DNA of 64,000 nucleotides from Chrysomallon squamiferum (GCA_012295275.1 CM022679.1:17732001-17796000), one strand, 5' to 3'; shown: positions 23,378 to 38,367, counted from the stretch's first letter. Numbers and translations are program-made. Notes: a model not told the origin generated them from the letters alone.

Positions 23378-26255
23378 CTACATATGTTGTTTATGATGTT
23401 AGATGTGAGCTTGCTATTGGTTTAACTTTTTATATTGAAGTAACAGTTTTGCGGGTTTTCTCTTGGTAGAATATAAAGGTCGTAAGCATTAATCCTTTCA
23501 TAAACACTGTTTTGAATATAGATTAATCGAAACAAATTTCGTAAATAATAAGAAATAACACTTCACATACAAACTTAGTTAAATGACTTGTTTTTATTAT
23601 TGTTATTGTTGTTGCTTATATGAAACAGTTATCTGTATATGCGTAACTAGCCTCTGATTCACACTCACCTAGATACTTGAACTAAGTTACTCGTATCCTT
23701 TCAAATGTTAGAATAGCGATGTTTATTTGTTAAAATAAAGTAATAATTATTAATTTCGAATATATATATATATCATTTTTATTCAATGTTATTTTTAGCT
23801 TTCGGCATCTCATGTGAAAAACTTATATATAAACTTAAATATTAATTTACATAGCGGGTCTGTAAAATTAGACTAAAATGTTCAGGTTTTGTGGGTTGGC
23901 GGTAGAACTAAATGATACTGATCTTAAATGAATATGATAGGAATCCCACTGTGTCCGTAGTGGTTTATTCGTTCCATAGATTTATTTAACGCTTTTTCTT
24001 GTAAGCGTTTTCAATGAAAATAGCGCCGTTAAATCCTAGCGGTTCAATACAGGCATTTATTCGCAAGCCGTAAAACCGAGGTAGATGCTTCAGGCGGCGG
24101 TTATTTCCACCGGCATCAGATAATATAAATTTATTTTTTAATGATTTTGCACTTAGAAAATCCGTCGTATTTTCTACCTTTAGGCTGATAATCCATGCAT
24201 ATCGGAACGAACTATAACGGTGGTTAAATCTTATAATAAATATTCTTTAACTTACCCATAAGAGAGTGAAAAGAACCTGAAAGAGAATATTTATGAATTA
24301 TTTCGTATTTTGCTAAAGTTAATTAATTATAAGACTATATTCCATTTTTATATTTTATTATCATATTAAATAAATTTTGAAATAATCACGGTGATTTATC
24401 TTTTTTAAATACTGCCTGATGATATTCTAATTATGTTTTTGAAAAATGTTTTATGTCGTTGACAGATGGTAAAAATACAAAACCAAATACTGGTTTAGTT
24501 TTCGCATTTATTATATCTGTTACACGTGCTTTCTATCCATGAATCCTTTATACTCATGCATACATTTTCATATGCGCAGTACATTTAGACTAACGGAGCA
24601 CAGGCATTATGTTCATCTTCCATTATATGCTGTGTTTACATACCCAAGAATTAACATACGTTCATTAAGGCCAGCTATCTCGTAATATACTGATTTTTTC
24701 ATTAATCTGGGTGCTCGAAATAAGAATATGTCATAGCATAAAGCTCTGCCCAAAGCGGTGGAAACAATATAAGAAAAAGGTCATCGACTTCAAGCTAATA
24801 TGTCCTATTTTAAGATTAAATGTGCCGCTGGAGATATGTTAATCACTAGTGGTAAAATTGTGTAATAAATCAACCTCTTTATTAACAAAAACAATCCACG
24901 TTTGTTGACATGGTAATGACGTATCGTACTTTGTCTCAAACGAATGAAAATCTTGCTGTAGTGCTGTGTGCAGTAATAGATTTTATTTCAGAAATGAAGA
25001 GTGATGTTTTTGTAAAGATAAAAATTACAGGTGCATCACAATAACTATTGTTTCTACAGGTATCATTCACCAATGTTTTTAATTTTTTTTGTTTTTTTAT
25101 TGTTTTTTTTATACTAAATGATTGGCCAGTGTTCCTCCAGGTGTCCCACGTATGGTGTTTCAAGTGTCAGTAAAAGGATAAAAATAAGATTGTGTCGCAT
25201 TGTTATCAACAAGGATCAGTACTGTAAAATATGACAGGGCGGTATTTTAGAACCTGTTCTTTTTTAATCATTAGCGTCAGCTTATAGAGAGATAAACAAT
25301 AAACGATGAAGAGTATCGAATTAGAGGTTTATTAAGTTTTTCCTAACAAATGTATCAGAAGGTAACAATATATGTACATATTTAACTTAAAAATACATTT
25401 GTAATTATTATTATAGAACGTTTTAATACTGAAAGCGACTGATAAAAAATAGTATGTCAAAATGTGCATTATGAACTATTAAGAAGCGAGGTGAATGCTT
25501 AAAGTCAGTACAAAAATAAAAAAAATAGTTATTTTGCTAGAAGGCGAAAAAAATATTCTTCAAAATGTGTTTATGGAAATGTCTCACTCACCGTTATATT
25601 AAAGTGGATTGATAATGAATTATCTGAATGTACAGTCTTTTTACAATCTCAGTATCAATAATAACATGACTGAACTACCTAATATTAGTTCTATTACGTT
25701 TTAGTCAGATGTTTCCGCCCCTATTTCTCATAACAGTAATTAAGTGTAATGAATTATACATCATCTTAGCAATAAATTACAAAGTAATTAAAATCAAGAG
25801 ATTGAAGTACGAACATATCAATCATCCATAATCCAAAAGTCCTTGGATTACATAGACTATTTTAACATTATCATTAGTTCTGATTTTAAACTGATAGTAA
25901 AAAGCTAATAAAAATATATACGAGAGAAACACACAACAGCAGAATACTAAATAGTTTTATTAACAACTTAAAAAATAAACTTGTCAGATCATGTGTTACA
26001 CCAGATTAAATAAAAGTGAATATGTGTATTGTTAAGTAAACAACAACTCACCTGACCTAAGAAAACAAAAGAAATAGAAAAAAAAAACAAGAAAAAAAAA
26101 ACTTTACGTCACCGACCCAGAAATCTGGCTAGAGATTACCGGATACATTTATAATTCTATTTATCCACTTCGTACAGAATTAATTTAGAAAATTTATACT
26201 TACAAACATATATAAAAAATAATATTAATAGTACAGTAGTAGTAGCAATAGTACA

Positions 26256-26322
<67 letters not shown>

Positions 26323-26331
26323 ATAATAATA
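26256..26331. repeat. (CAG)n(TAG)n(TAA)n compound microsatellite
   Basis: Direct reading. Confidence 0.95.
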
Positions 26332-26999
26332 AAAATAATCAGAATAACATAAAGCAAACCACGTCAGTTTTAATAAATATCTACATTCGAGGTAATGGTG
26401 AACGCAATTAAGGAATGGTGGATGCAAAAAGTGAAAACAGTATTTGTACAGAAGGTCACTTAAAGAATAACAATCACCTCACTCGACCTTCAAAAATGGC
26501 ACAGAACCATTTTTCTTTTCAAAATTTTAAATTATCATAATATTTTATACAGTTAAAGCATGGAACACATTTTGCTCTGCCATGATGTTTGGAAAGGGCT
26601 ACCCCTTTATCAAATATTTTCTGTGAAGGGTACAGTTAGAAACAGTTAGAAAACCTCTGGTTTATATCAATAAAATCGATTCTGACTTTGTTTGTAATTG
26701 CTACTAGCCGAATAAAACAACTCTACCTAATTGGTCTGTAACTTGCATATGTAGTAAAAGTTTGCATGACTATGTTTCGAAATATCTGATTTGTGTTATA
26801 GGCGTATTCTATTGTTTGTTTTTAGATAAAATAAGTACGTGATGTGAATATAAAGAGAAGAGAGAGATACGAAGGGTATAAAATATGAAATAAAATGTTC
26901 ATAATAATTCCTGTTTATACACGTGTGTATGAATGTGTATGTGCAAATACACAAATTATACGTATATATATATATATAAATACACAGCACACATGTATA

Positions 27000-27139
27000 T
27001 ATTGGTTTCTATGGCCTAAATCGCAGCCAGCGACTCTCTTCAGTCATTTCAATGTCAGACGTGTTAAAATATGTCTCGTCACTGCGCGACAGATATCCGC
27101 AGTATACTACGTCAATTTATCACCGGCAGTGACGTAAGA
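27000..27139 (+). promoter_or_regulatory. Candidate promoter / non-coding first exon
   Basis: ATTGG at 27001, Inr-like TCAGT at 27040, CpG-rich, GAC|gtaaga donor at 27134 overlapping a CRE-like TGACGTAA. Confidence 0.35.
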
Positions 27140-27744
27140 TCTTGGTAACCTAAAACCATTATGACACAGCCGTGTCGATTTTATTGTTTCCTTGGTAGCG
27201 AAATGTGTTTTCTGCCTGAATAATTCTAAATATGTCGCCTGGTTGTGGTGTCTTTTAGACAGATATGTATGAACAAACAATCATTTTTGGCATATGATTT
27301 ATCAGGATCAATCGGTCCCTTTTTCATATTAACGTATTGCATATATATGACTTTAACCTGTCACGGTTGTTTCACGTTTCTCGTCATTTTAGATTATTTA
27401 TTTCATTTTGTTTCATTCTTTATTCCTTTGTTTATTTATTTATTATCTTTTTAGTTGTCAAATTACTAATCATTCTGAATGTTTGTCTATTCAGTTTTGA
27501 ACCAGTCTACTAAAATTCAATTGCATGTTAACGAAGTCGTGGGTGTGAATATGAAAAAGGAACTGCAACAGTTAAAACTGCAAGGATAACATTTATTTTT
27601 AACTATTTTTTACACATGATTGTTTTGCCACGTTCCATGAATACTTAATCGATTTATACAAATTAAATATTTCTTTAACATATAGTTTAATATTCATGAG
27701 ATATTTATGCACACAAAACAGCCTTTTCGTAATATCATAAGCCT

Positions 27745-27960
27745 TTTTTTTTTTATAGATATAAAGCGGATATGATATTTGATAAATATAATATTCATAC
27801 GTCTGTCATTATGTGCTATATTACATGAAATGAAGATAGAAAAAAACATAGGTCTATGTCACAAAACAGAATAGGCTTAATTAAAAGGATGAAATTTTAA
27901 ACATATATTAAATTTATCGATTTGCTATTAATAATTAACTTATTCTCTGCGATTACATAC
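27745..27960 (+). repeat. Dispersed ~210-bp direct repeat, copy 1 (copy 2 at ~34335-34550)
   Basis: Shared blocks atttgataaatataatattcatac, tatattacatgaaa, cagaataggcttaattaaaaggat, ttatcgatttgctattaataatt. Confidence 0.9.
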
Positions 27961-27961
27961 A

Positions 27962-28054
<93 letters not shown>
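27958..28054. repeat. (AC)n(AG)n microsatellite
   Basis: Direct reading. Confidence 0.97.
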
Positions 28055-28058
<4 letters not shown>

Positions 28059-28234
28059 TCACAGTGACGTGGTCCCCACTTACAACTTTATATGTCAGTT
28101 TAGAACATTTTACTTGTATTCATTTTATATATATTTCCAAATGCCCAAACAACTGAATTTTCCAAAATGTCTTTTGATCTGTATAATTATGGCTTCCACA
28201 GTGATCAGTAAGAAAATGTTTAGCTTTGTGTAGG

Positions 28235-28266
<32 letters not shown>

Positions 28267-28977
28267 TATCGATTCAATATCAGAAGACGACTATCATCGA
28301 TGCTAAAAAGATGATATATAATATATATTTGAAATATATAAGAAATTAATTAGTATTAGTCCAATGTTAATTTATTATTCTGATTAACAGTAAAAAAAGG
28401 AAAAATATTTCTTTCAAACACATTTCTAAAAAAAGTGGGATTAAGTCGCTGTTTCTGATTAAACAATGCAGTGAGATGAAAATTAGGCACATCTAAAATT
28501 ATGCATTGAACATCACTTTTACACAGAATATAATATTTATTGCAGAATATATTATTTATTACTTTTGTTAAGCTAAACCCAGTTAAACAAAACGAATGTA
28601 ATGAACATTGAACAAATGATTATTTTGATTTTTGTTTCTATTATTACTATTTTTAATATGAAATATATAAAAGAGAAAATGATCCACTTATCTAGTCTGA
28701 AACACTAACTTTCTAACTTCGAATAACGGTAACGTTAAATGGTAGACGTGAACAGTGTGTGAAAAGAAAGAGAAACATAATACCAAACATACAAAAAACA
28801 AAAACAAACCAAACATTGTAATTTTAAATTAATAAAGAACTCTAATACATATTTTTCATTTTAACTGCAGCTATTATTAATATTATTATTGTTGTTCTTG
28901 TTGTCTTTCTTCTAACGTTCTTAGCCAAAAGGAGACGGGTTTAATGTACTACTACCACTTCTACTATTTCTACTACT

Positions 28978-28979
<2 letters not shown>

Positions 28980-29036
<57 letters not shown>

Positions 29037-29051
29037 ATAATAATAATAATA
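28980..29051. repeat. (TAC)n(TAA)n microsatellite
   Basis: Direct reading. Confidence 0.95.
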
Positions 29052-29931
29052 TCACAGTAGTATTTATGAAAGAAATATATAAATAAATCTATTATCATGA
29101 ACAGTCGATGACATTTAATACTGAGAAGCATTAAACAGGTAATTTGCAGATGTATATAAAATCATTAATTTTAAGTGAAATTTAGAAAATAAATAATTGA
29201 AAAACAACAAGAACAATTATAAAAATCCAGTCAAATTAACCAATATTCCATTCCAAATAAGTGCACATACACTAAGCATCATAAATGTAAATTTAGAGGG
29301 GGGGAGTAAAAAAAACAACAAAAAAACCAAACAAAAAACACCGGACAACTAAATAACTAAATAAATAAATAAAAATAAAAATACATCACAAAACAAATCA
29401 AATGGATAAAACATATAACTCATATAACTCATGAACACACCCAAATAAAATTTATTATTTCTGTATCGTCGCTATTATATACTAGTGATATTTTACGCTG
29501 CTAAAGCGATGTTGTTTCCGATGCTATAATGAAATGTTACGGAAGTATTACTTTATTCTTACACGGAAATGCAGTCTTACTTGAATCACCTGTCATGTAA
29601 ACGGTGTTAATGTCATTTTATATGACGTATGAAGCCACTTTGCTAACGTCACAGCATTGTTCTCTGTACGTTTTGTAATGTACATTGATGTTTCCCTAAA
29701 TACCGGGAAAATGTACTAAATAATCCTCATATTCAAACTGAACAAACAGTTAATTTAACAATGTAATAATAACACCACATATACTGTAAAAGCATCAGCA
29801 ACAACAACAATGATAATAATTATTATTTTTGCCATTATTATTAGCACATACCGTCTTACACACAGAGACACTCATACACTTTCTTATATTATCATACCCT
29901 AAAAAATACTTTACAAACTGTTTATTTAATA

Positions 29932-29981
<50 letters not shown>

Positions 29982-30757
29982 GTTTTAAATTTAATTACCG
30001 TAGTCATTTCTCTTTGCTTTCTTCATTTGAAGAAAAAAAACTTATTAGTTATCTAAAAGATAGTTTTCATTGTCTAATAAGAAAAGGATTCTTTCATTTT
30101 AAGCTTAAAGTCATTTAAAGTCATATAAAATTGACCCGTACTCATAGCTTTGTCCAGCAACATCCCCAAAAATTGGAATCTGCAAAAAAGTTCTAGAGAC
30201 AAGAGAAGACTAACCAAAATGGGCCACTGATTTCTCTGCGATGTGTCATTGCCTGTCCAGCATTCTGAACAAGCATTTCATTCCCTTCATCTCGTTTACT
30301 AGCGGGATAATGCCTATGTTAATTCTGCTAAATCAGTAATTTTTTTTCTCTAAAATAATAAAAATCAGATTGTACTGGCCTGGAGAAGAATTGTGAAAAA
30401 TAATAATTTTCAAAAACAAAAATTCACCATTTACAGGAATTTCAAAAGAATGGAACAAACTGAAACCTTCATTGTTGAAGGTTTTTTACAGTATGTCTGA
30501 TTAACGCAATTAAAATGCAATAATAAAGCTTTAAATATTGACTTTTAGTTTTCATTAAATATAAATTTTGTTTTCAAAAAGTATAAAATATTAAATATAT
30601 TTTTATTTATTAAATTATTTAAAATATACGTTTTATGTTAAGTAAAACACATTTTTCTCATGGTGTATGTATGTGAGTGCATAAATGTATGTACTTGTAA
30701 TTTTGTATATGTATGTGTACGAATGTGCATATGTTTGTGTGTGTGTATATGTGTGTA

Positions 30758-31463
30758 CAGTATTCCCTCGCTATTCGCGGGGGTTACGTTCTTTACCCCC
30801 CCGCGAATAGCGAAAAACCGCGAATATTGGATGCAGTTTTAAAACGTCTATTATGAGATTATATACGGTACTAAATGCTTCCCAAACATTTTCTAAAGAC
30901 ACTCTTACTCATTAATACAGTAATAATGTAGTAATATTGCATGCAGTTATGTATTTCACTAATGTAGTAATGATAATGTAAACACATTTTAATTTTGTAC
31001 TGAAACAATATTTTAATCAGAAAGAAACGTAAGTACATGAGGACAGTAACACCGCATAGCATAGTTACCCATACAGTATTACTGCACCGTAAAGTCATTT
31101 TCTATGCGTACAACATATGTATTAGAATTGACAGAAAGTGGAACAAATTTAAAGGCAAAACAGACAGATAAATACAGTACGCACAGTTCAGGTAATAATA
31201 TGCAATTAAAAACATTATTAATACACGGTCACAAAAACTATGCACTGTATATACAGTGTATGCATTTATAAAAAAAATACGTACTGTATTGCAATAATAA
31301 CTGAAAAAATTTGATATTGTTTGTGCGGTTTACCGAGCATTTGTTTTTATGACGTTATGACGCTAGCCTGGTATACCAGCATACGATGCGATAGGGTTAA
31401 GAGCCTAACCCGCGAATATGCGGGGCCGCGAATGGGGAACCGCGTATAGGTGAGGGTATACTG
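30758..31463. mobile_element. Tc1/mariner (pogo/Tigger-like) MITE, 706 bp
   Basis: TIRs CAGTATTCCCTCGCTATTCGCGG / CCGCGTATAGGTGAGGGTATACTG; TA target duplication at 30756-30757 and 31464-31465; subterminal CCGCGAAT repeats and a strong internal hairpin at ~30770-30811. Confidence 0.9.
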
Positions 31464-32123
31464 TATATGTATTTGCAATAAATATAATGATGTTTATATA
31501 ATTCCATAAACGTCAAGTAGTTCGTGAAACTGTTGTCTCCCATTTGTTACACGTCTCGTTACATAGTTAGCTTAGGGATTAATTAAGAAAATCGTATTTA
31601 AAAAAACCCAAAAAGTATTCGAATAGTAAGAATGTACCATAACCAATACACCTGACAGACAGACATGAACATATCTTTATTTTCACTGCATCAGAAATAC
31701 AATCAGATTTTTTATATTAACAATGCTAAGCTCACACAGACAATGCTGAAAAAAAAAAACATCTGATGCTATTTTAATAAAATTATCGATTTACAATTTT
31801 TATCTTTCGTAAGTTTTTTTTATTATTTTGAAATCTTTTATTTGCATGAACCGCTGCACTATAGGAATAAAAACTGGATATACGGTTATATTATGCATAA
31901 GCCTGTGTAATATATGAATGTTGTTCATCTTGATACAGTTACATTTATATATCACGAATGAAAGATTAATGTTATTTATTTAATTACGGACCAAAGGATT
32001 TTTGTTTTTGTAATTGTATAACGTAACAGATGTGTTTTGTTGAATTCATGAATATTTTGCATACGCTTAAACACTGCTTTTAAATATAGATATACATATA
32101 CATATATACATATACATACATAC

Positions 32124-32126
<3 letters not shown>

Positions 32127-32218
<92 letters not shown>
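32127..32218. repeat. (GA)n microsatellite
   Basis: Direct reading. Confidence 0.97.
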
Positions 32219-32219
<1 letters not shown>

Positions 32220-32599
32220 GCTTTTGTATATGTATTATTATCTAATTGACCTAGATTTCATTCATTTTTATTTAATAGTACACAAAATTAAATATATATA
32301 TTTTGTAATATTAAAACATCTATAAATTTAAAAATTAGCTTTATATTGGATTTTTCAAAGTGAAAATAGTTTTGTTAAGTTTATTGTGTGGCTGTGTGTG
32401 TATGTATGCGTGTGCCTATGTTTATATATATATGTGTATGTGTGTGTGTGTGTGTGTGTGATTGTGTCTGTGTAAAAAAAAAATTAAAATAATAATAATA
32501 ATAATAATAAATAAATTTAAAAAAACACAATAATAAAACTAATATACAGACTAGCATGCACACAGAACACAGACAAGAGTTCACACAAACGTACCTATA

Positions 32600-33260
32600 A
32601 GCACACACACAAACACACACATACACTTAAAACACACACGCACTTAACACACACACACACTTAACACACACACAGACACTTAACACACTTAACACATACG
32701 CATACACTTAACACACACACACTTAACACACACACATATACTTAACACACACACACTTAACACACTTAACACATACGCATACACTTAACACACACACAGA
32801 CACTAACATACACACACACTTAACACACTTAACACATACGCATACACTTAACACACACACAGACACTAACATACACACACACTTAACACACTTAACACAA
32901 ACGCATACACTTAACACACACACACACTTAACACACACACAGACATTTAACACACACACACTTAACACATACGCATACACTTAACACACACACAGACACT
33001 AACATACACACACACTTAACACACATAGACACTTAACACACACACACACACTTAACACACACAGAGACACTTAACACACACTTAAGACACAAACACGTAA
33101 CACACCCACTTAACACACACACTTAACACACACACACTTAACACACACAGTCACTTAACACACACAGTCACTTAACACACACACACAACATATACATACA
33201 CACACTTAACACACACAACTATATATATATATATATACATGCATACATACACACACATAC
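32600..33260. repeat. Complex (CA)n-TTAA minisatellite with a ~63-bp higher-order unit
   Basis: Recurrent cacttaacacac; ORF-track peptide 32723..32980 repeats with a 21-aa period. Confidence 0.9.
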
Positions 33261-34334
33261 GTGTAATCTCAGACTGATTTGCCTTACTCAGAGTGACCCA
33301 ATTTGATACCCATGAATCTCGTGACTCTTTTGGGAAATAAGTAACAAAAAACCTCTTTAAACTGTCACGATAGTAAAGAAAAGAAACCATGTTCAATGGG
33401 TGTATTTTTAGGCAGTCGTGAATACGTCATGATGAGACATACGATGATCGTGTCCAAAAAAGAAAAAAAAAAAAGAAAAGAAAAAAATTACTGAGGCGAT
33501 GTATACAGCACTGCTGTCAATTTCGAGACAAAAAAAAAACAATGTGCTATAATAGTCGTGTGACTGTATAATGCAACATTACCATAGTATTTTTTTAGAA
33601 TTATACAAGTGGATCGTATTTCTTTTTAATTGTCAATAGGCTATATTTTGTTTTTCTTCTGGAATTTTTCTTTTGTTGTTTCACTCCAAAATTTGTAAAT
33701 CCGCAAGTATGCCATAATGACCAAAAACTATAAAATTATTCTTCATTACTCTTATATGTCATCCTGCTCCTCGTAACTCTCTCAGCCTCAGCTAATCAAT
33801 TATACTCCGAGCTATCATACAACTCACTATCAGATGTCAGTTCAAGCTAAGAAACTATTACATAATCCCAGTCAACATACAAAACGTGCAAAATGCACAT
33901 CTTCTCAAAAAGTTCATCTACCCGAATCACAGACTTCATCACGTCCTTCATATGTGAAAATATTTGATTCTCTATATTCCAGTCTGTACCAAAGCAAAGT
34001 TATACTACATAGAGTAAATAAGCTTTTATTATCTACTAAAATATTCATTTCAACCATAGACATCTTGTAAGAACAATTCTTAGGCTTATAAATTTTTCAG
34101 AGAATAAAACAAAACTAATTTGTTTCTAAAGAATCTTATTGGTGACTTATTCTGAGAATGATACAAGTTAAGAAACAGGAATACAGAAGAAGGAAAAAAA
34201 AGAAGAAGAAGAAAAAACATTTACCACAAAATTAGCAACATGTAGAGATTGTGGTGAGAGAGAGAAAGAGAGGTTGAGCAGTCTCACCCCTTTCTGTGTT
34301 TATATTCACTAGTCGCTCATATTACCATAAAATA

Positions 34335-34550
34335 TTTTTTTTTTATAAATACACAGAACAAATTTGATAAATATAATATTCATACATCTGTCATTGTGTG
34401 TTATATTACATGAAAGGAAGATAGAAAAAAACCACACATAGGTACTATGTCACAAAGCAGAATAGGCTTAATTAAAAGGATATTATATATATTAAAGTTA
34501 TCGATTTGCTATTAATAATTTATTTATTTACTAATGCGATCACACACATA
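34335..34550 (+). repeat. Dispersed ~210-bp direct repeat, copy 2
   Basis: Colinear with 27745-27960. Confidence 0.9.
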
Positions 34551-34692
34551 CAGATATCAAGAGAAAGAAAGAGAGAGAGAGAAAGACCGACATATACACC
34601 CCCAACAAGATGTTAAAGAAAGAAGAAAATGAAAGCATAAATATATTTAGCACGAGATTAGTGTCATATAGGTATATCATGCCAGATATGTG

Positions 34693-34695
<3 letters not shown>

Positions 34696-34787
<92 letters not shown>
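34696..34787. repeat. (GA)n microsatellite
   Basis: Direct reading. Confidence 0.97.
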
Positions 34788-34789
<2 letters not shown>

Positions 34790-35269
34790 GTTGAACATTC
34801 ATTGGTCACTGAGGCTATCATAAAAAATATTTTGCCTAATGGATGTCACTAAAATCTATAATTTATTACGTTTTAAACTGCACTACATAATTATGGAAAA
34901 CTGTTTACTATAAATAAAACGTCGTGAAATTAAACACGTTTATAGACATATAATATTGTATGGATACGAATAATATATAAACGTTATAAACAATTATGAC
35001 ATATACATAGTTTTTATATATTATTTGTGAATTATGTTTGTGAATGCACAAATAGTATAAAACATAATATCACAAATAATTTATAAGCTTATTATTTAAA
35101 CAAAGAGATTTAAGATCTGAAATTATCCGCACTGCATGCTTTCCCACCAGAGACTTATTATACATTTTTATTCAAATATTATAAATATAGTTTCCCTTTG
35201 TTAACAGTTTTATACTGACGTGCATACACATACATAGACACATACACACAAACACACACACACAAACAA

Positions 35270-35271
<2 letters not shown>

Positions 35272-35344
<73 letters not shown>
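35272..35344. repeat. (CT)n microsatellite
   Basis: Direct reading. Confidence 0.97.
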
Positions 35345-35347
<3 letters not shown>

Positions 35348-35629
35348 AGGCATAAACACGCCCCCAACACATTGGCACTGACATAAATACATTTATAAAC
35401 GTGCCATATTTACATACTTCACACTAATACAAACACATATCGATACATATAAATATATATGGAAATATATATAAAACCACGCTCAGGAAGTCACAGTATA
35501 TGTATATAGGTTGTGTGTATTGGTATGTGTGTGTGTTTGGGTGTTTGTACTACACCCGCATACACCCGTCGCACATATACACTCACTCATTCACACAGAA
35601 GTTCTTATTGACATACCGTACATCAATTT

Positions 35630-35783
35630 TGTCAGGCCTGCTGCGGGCAGAGACATCCCATGATATTATACGAACATTACCTGACATTACGCATGCGCAG
35701 AAAATAACATTTTCGATTCAGTTGAATTATCTGAGGACAGACTTTTTCCATAGTATCACTAGCGGGCTGAAAACCGTGTGAGT
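35630..35783 (+). promoter_or_regulatory. Candidate promoter / non-coding first exon
   Basis: NRF1-like CGCATGCGCA at 35690-35699, TCAGTT at 35718, CGT|gtgagt donor at 35778. Confidence 0.4.
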
Positions 35784-36239
35784 TCTGCGACTTTTTGCGA
35801 TTTTTTTACCTGTGTATTCATACCTGTATGTACTTGGTTCCGTAATAGCTCTCTGTAGGATAGTGTTTTCGATCAGTAAAACATGACAGAGAGAGAGAGA
35901 GCGAGAAAAAGAATTAACATATAATTTCATTTCTACTGACTTAGAAATTAAAACAGTTTCCTAAATTGTTGGCATAGACTTCCGTAAAACCACCTGTCGT
36001 ATATCGCGTTAATCCACGCTAATACGCCAGTCACAAAAACACATGCTGTTTAATGCTAATGAGGATGATAAATGTTGACGGTTTCTAGAAATAGTTTCAG
36101 TGATTATTGTTTGAGGGAATATCGCGTTTCTTCCACTTGTTGGTAAGTAAACACTTATTATTGTTTTTATCTACTACATTGGATTTAATCTTGCTGTTTC
36201 TCTTCAAATGTAATTAGTCAGTCATTGTGCCACTACTTC

Positions 36240-36252
36240 TAATAATAGCATC

Positions 36253-36303
<51 letters not shown>

Positions 36304-36419
36304 TTTCATCATCACCATCATCATTTTCATCATAATAATGATGATTTATTTATTTTTAATAACAACAACGACGACGACGACAACAACAACAACACAACAA
36401 CAACAACAACAACAACAAC

Positions 36420-36501
<82 letters not shown>

Positions 36502-36520
36502 ATTATTATTATTATTATCG
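36240..36520. repeat. Compound trinucleotide tract (AAT/CAT/AAC/GAC/ATT)
   Basis: Direct reading. Confidence 0.95.
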
Positions 36521-37758
36521 TTCTTATTATTAATCTTGCAATACATAGAAAATAATAATCAGATATTATTGTTTTTTAAAGAAACAGATTTTAAAAAGAA
36601 GAAAAAAAATGATTTAGTCAAAAACTAGCTTAGGGCAAAACATATATATATATATATAGATGTTACAGGTGAAATCGTGATGAAATTAGCGACTTGTGTC
36701 ACAAGTAATTTCTTATTCACGAGTATCGACATTTTTCTTTGTCAGCTATTTTCAACACATTTTTCTTAGAGGGTATATATGGGCCTTTCATCTTTTGTTG
36801 TATTTATCAGAACTTTTTTCTTTACTATTTATTTTACTATCCGTCTTTTTATTAGGCAGTATAACAATTCGTAAATAATTATATTGGTTTTATGTAGGGC
36901 GTCTTTTAAATAATAATAATAAAAAATATGGTTAAAGATTAGAAAGTCAGTAATGTATAAGACATTGTCATGTGTTTGCAAATCAATATAAATATTGTGT
37001 AAAATATACGTGGAGCATGCTATTACAGTGTTGTGGTGGGAGTAATAGCTTTACATTCATGTCGATAATAATAACCCTGAGATGTGCTTACAACCGAGGG
37101 AAAGAATTTAGCAAAACTTCAGAATATAATATTATGTGTGTATATATATATATATATATGTACGTGTATATATTTATTATACAAAATGTAATATTATCCC
37201 TCCTACATATGTTCATTTTATTTAAAGTAATATAAAATTATTTATCCCATAAATATACATCAATATTACATAAAATACATTTGATTAAGTACGTAATATT
37301 ATCTCTTGTACAGTCATGTATGTTTCTCTATTTATATTTTATTCCATTGCTTATATGCAAAACATATGTAAGTGTATTTGTGTCTATACGTATACATCTG
37401 TAGATAGAAAGAGAAAAACTTTTAAAAGAAATTTGCTATGTATTATTATAAAATATAATATTGTACGTACACTGGTTTACGTATTCAAATACAAATTAAT
37501 ATAATATCACATTGTATTAAAAACAAATTATGAGTACTTCTGTAAAATGTCTGAAATGTTGTTAACTGCGGAAACGTGCTAATAACATTAATAAGCTTGA
37601 TTTTAATTATTTATATTTTTTCAGTAATTAAGAACTCTTTTGTATAAAATAAGGAAACATCTTCACAATTAATCACATTTTTGTGCGAGTGTAGTGAGAT
37701 TAAAAATCACTTTGTATATAAAACCTTACTAATGATTACACAGGTTTCCTAATACACG

Positions 37759-37764
<6 letters not shown>

Positions 37765-37816
<52 letters not shown>
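37765..37816. repeat. (AT)n microsatellite
   Basis: Direct reading. Confidence 0.97.
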
Positions 37817-37819
<3 letters not shown>

Positions 37820-38319
37820 GATGTGAAGATATGCACACATGCACATTCATACACTTTACACTGTATCCGCATAAACACATATACAACATATAAGCAATGC
37901 ATGCATACATTCATTCATGTATACATAAATATATACATGCATATATTTACATATTTACAAATAGTCACGTTTATGTGTCTATACATTTACAGATAGATCA
38001 TTACATAGGTAGATATATACGTGTGTGTGTGTGTATGTGTGTGTGAGTGTTGTTTAGCAACACACATATATACTTAATACTCATATCTACATAAATACAC
38101 ATACACACACATAAACATACACCTACAGCTACATACATACATCATCCATACAAACATAATCCATAAATATACATACGTACATACATATTTATTTATTTTC
38201 TTACATAATTATACTCAGACCTCTCACTGTCCAGTCAAACGTAAATTATTCAACTTTCGAGGATCCAATAAATCGAGAATGGATGGATCTTTGATCCAAA
38301 CGCTGCAATTCGTCAAATG

Positions 38320-38367
38320 TTACGTCACAGATGTTGGCGTTTTTGCGTAATGCGGCAAGTTATAAAA
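38320..38367 (+). promoter_or_regulatory. Candidate TATA promoter with bZIP sites
   Basis: TTACGTCA at 38320-38327, TTGCGTAA at 38343-38350, TATAAAA at 38361-38367. Confidence 0.4.
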
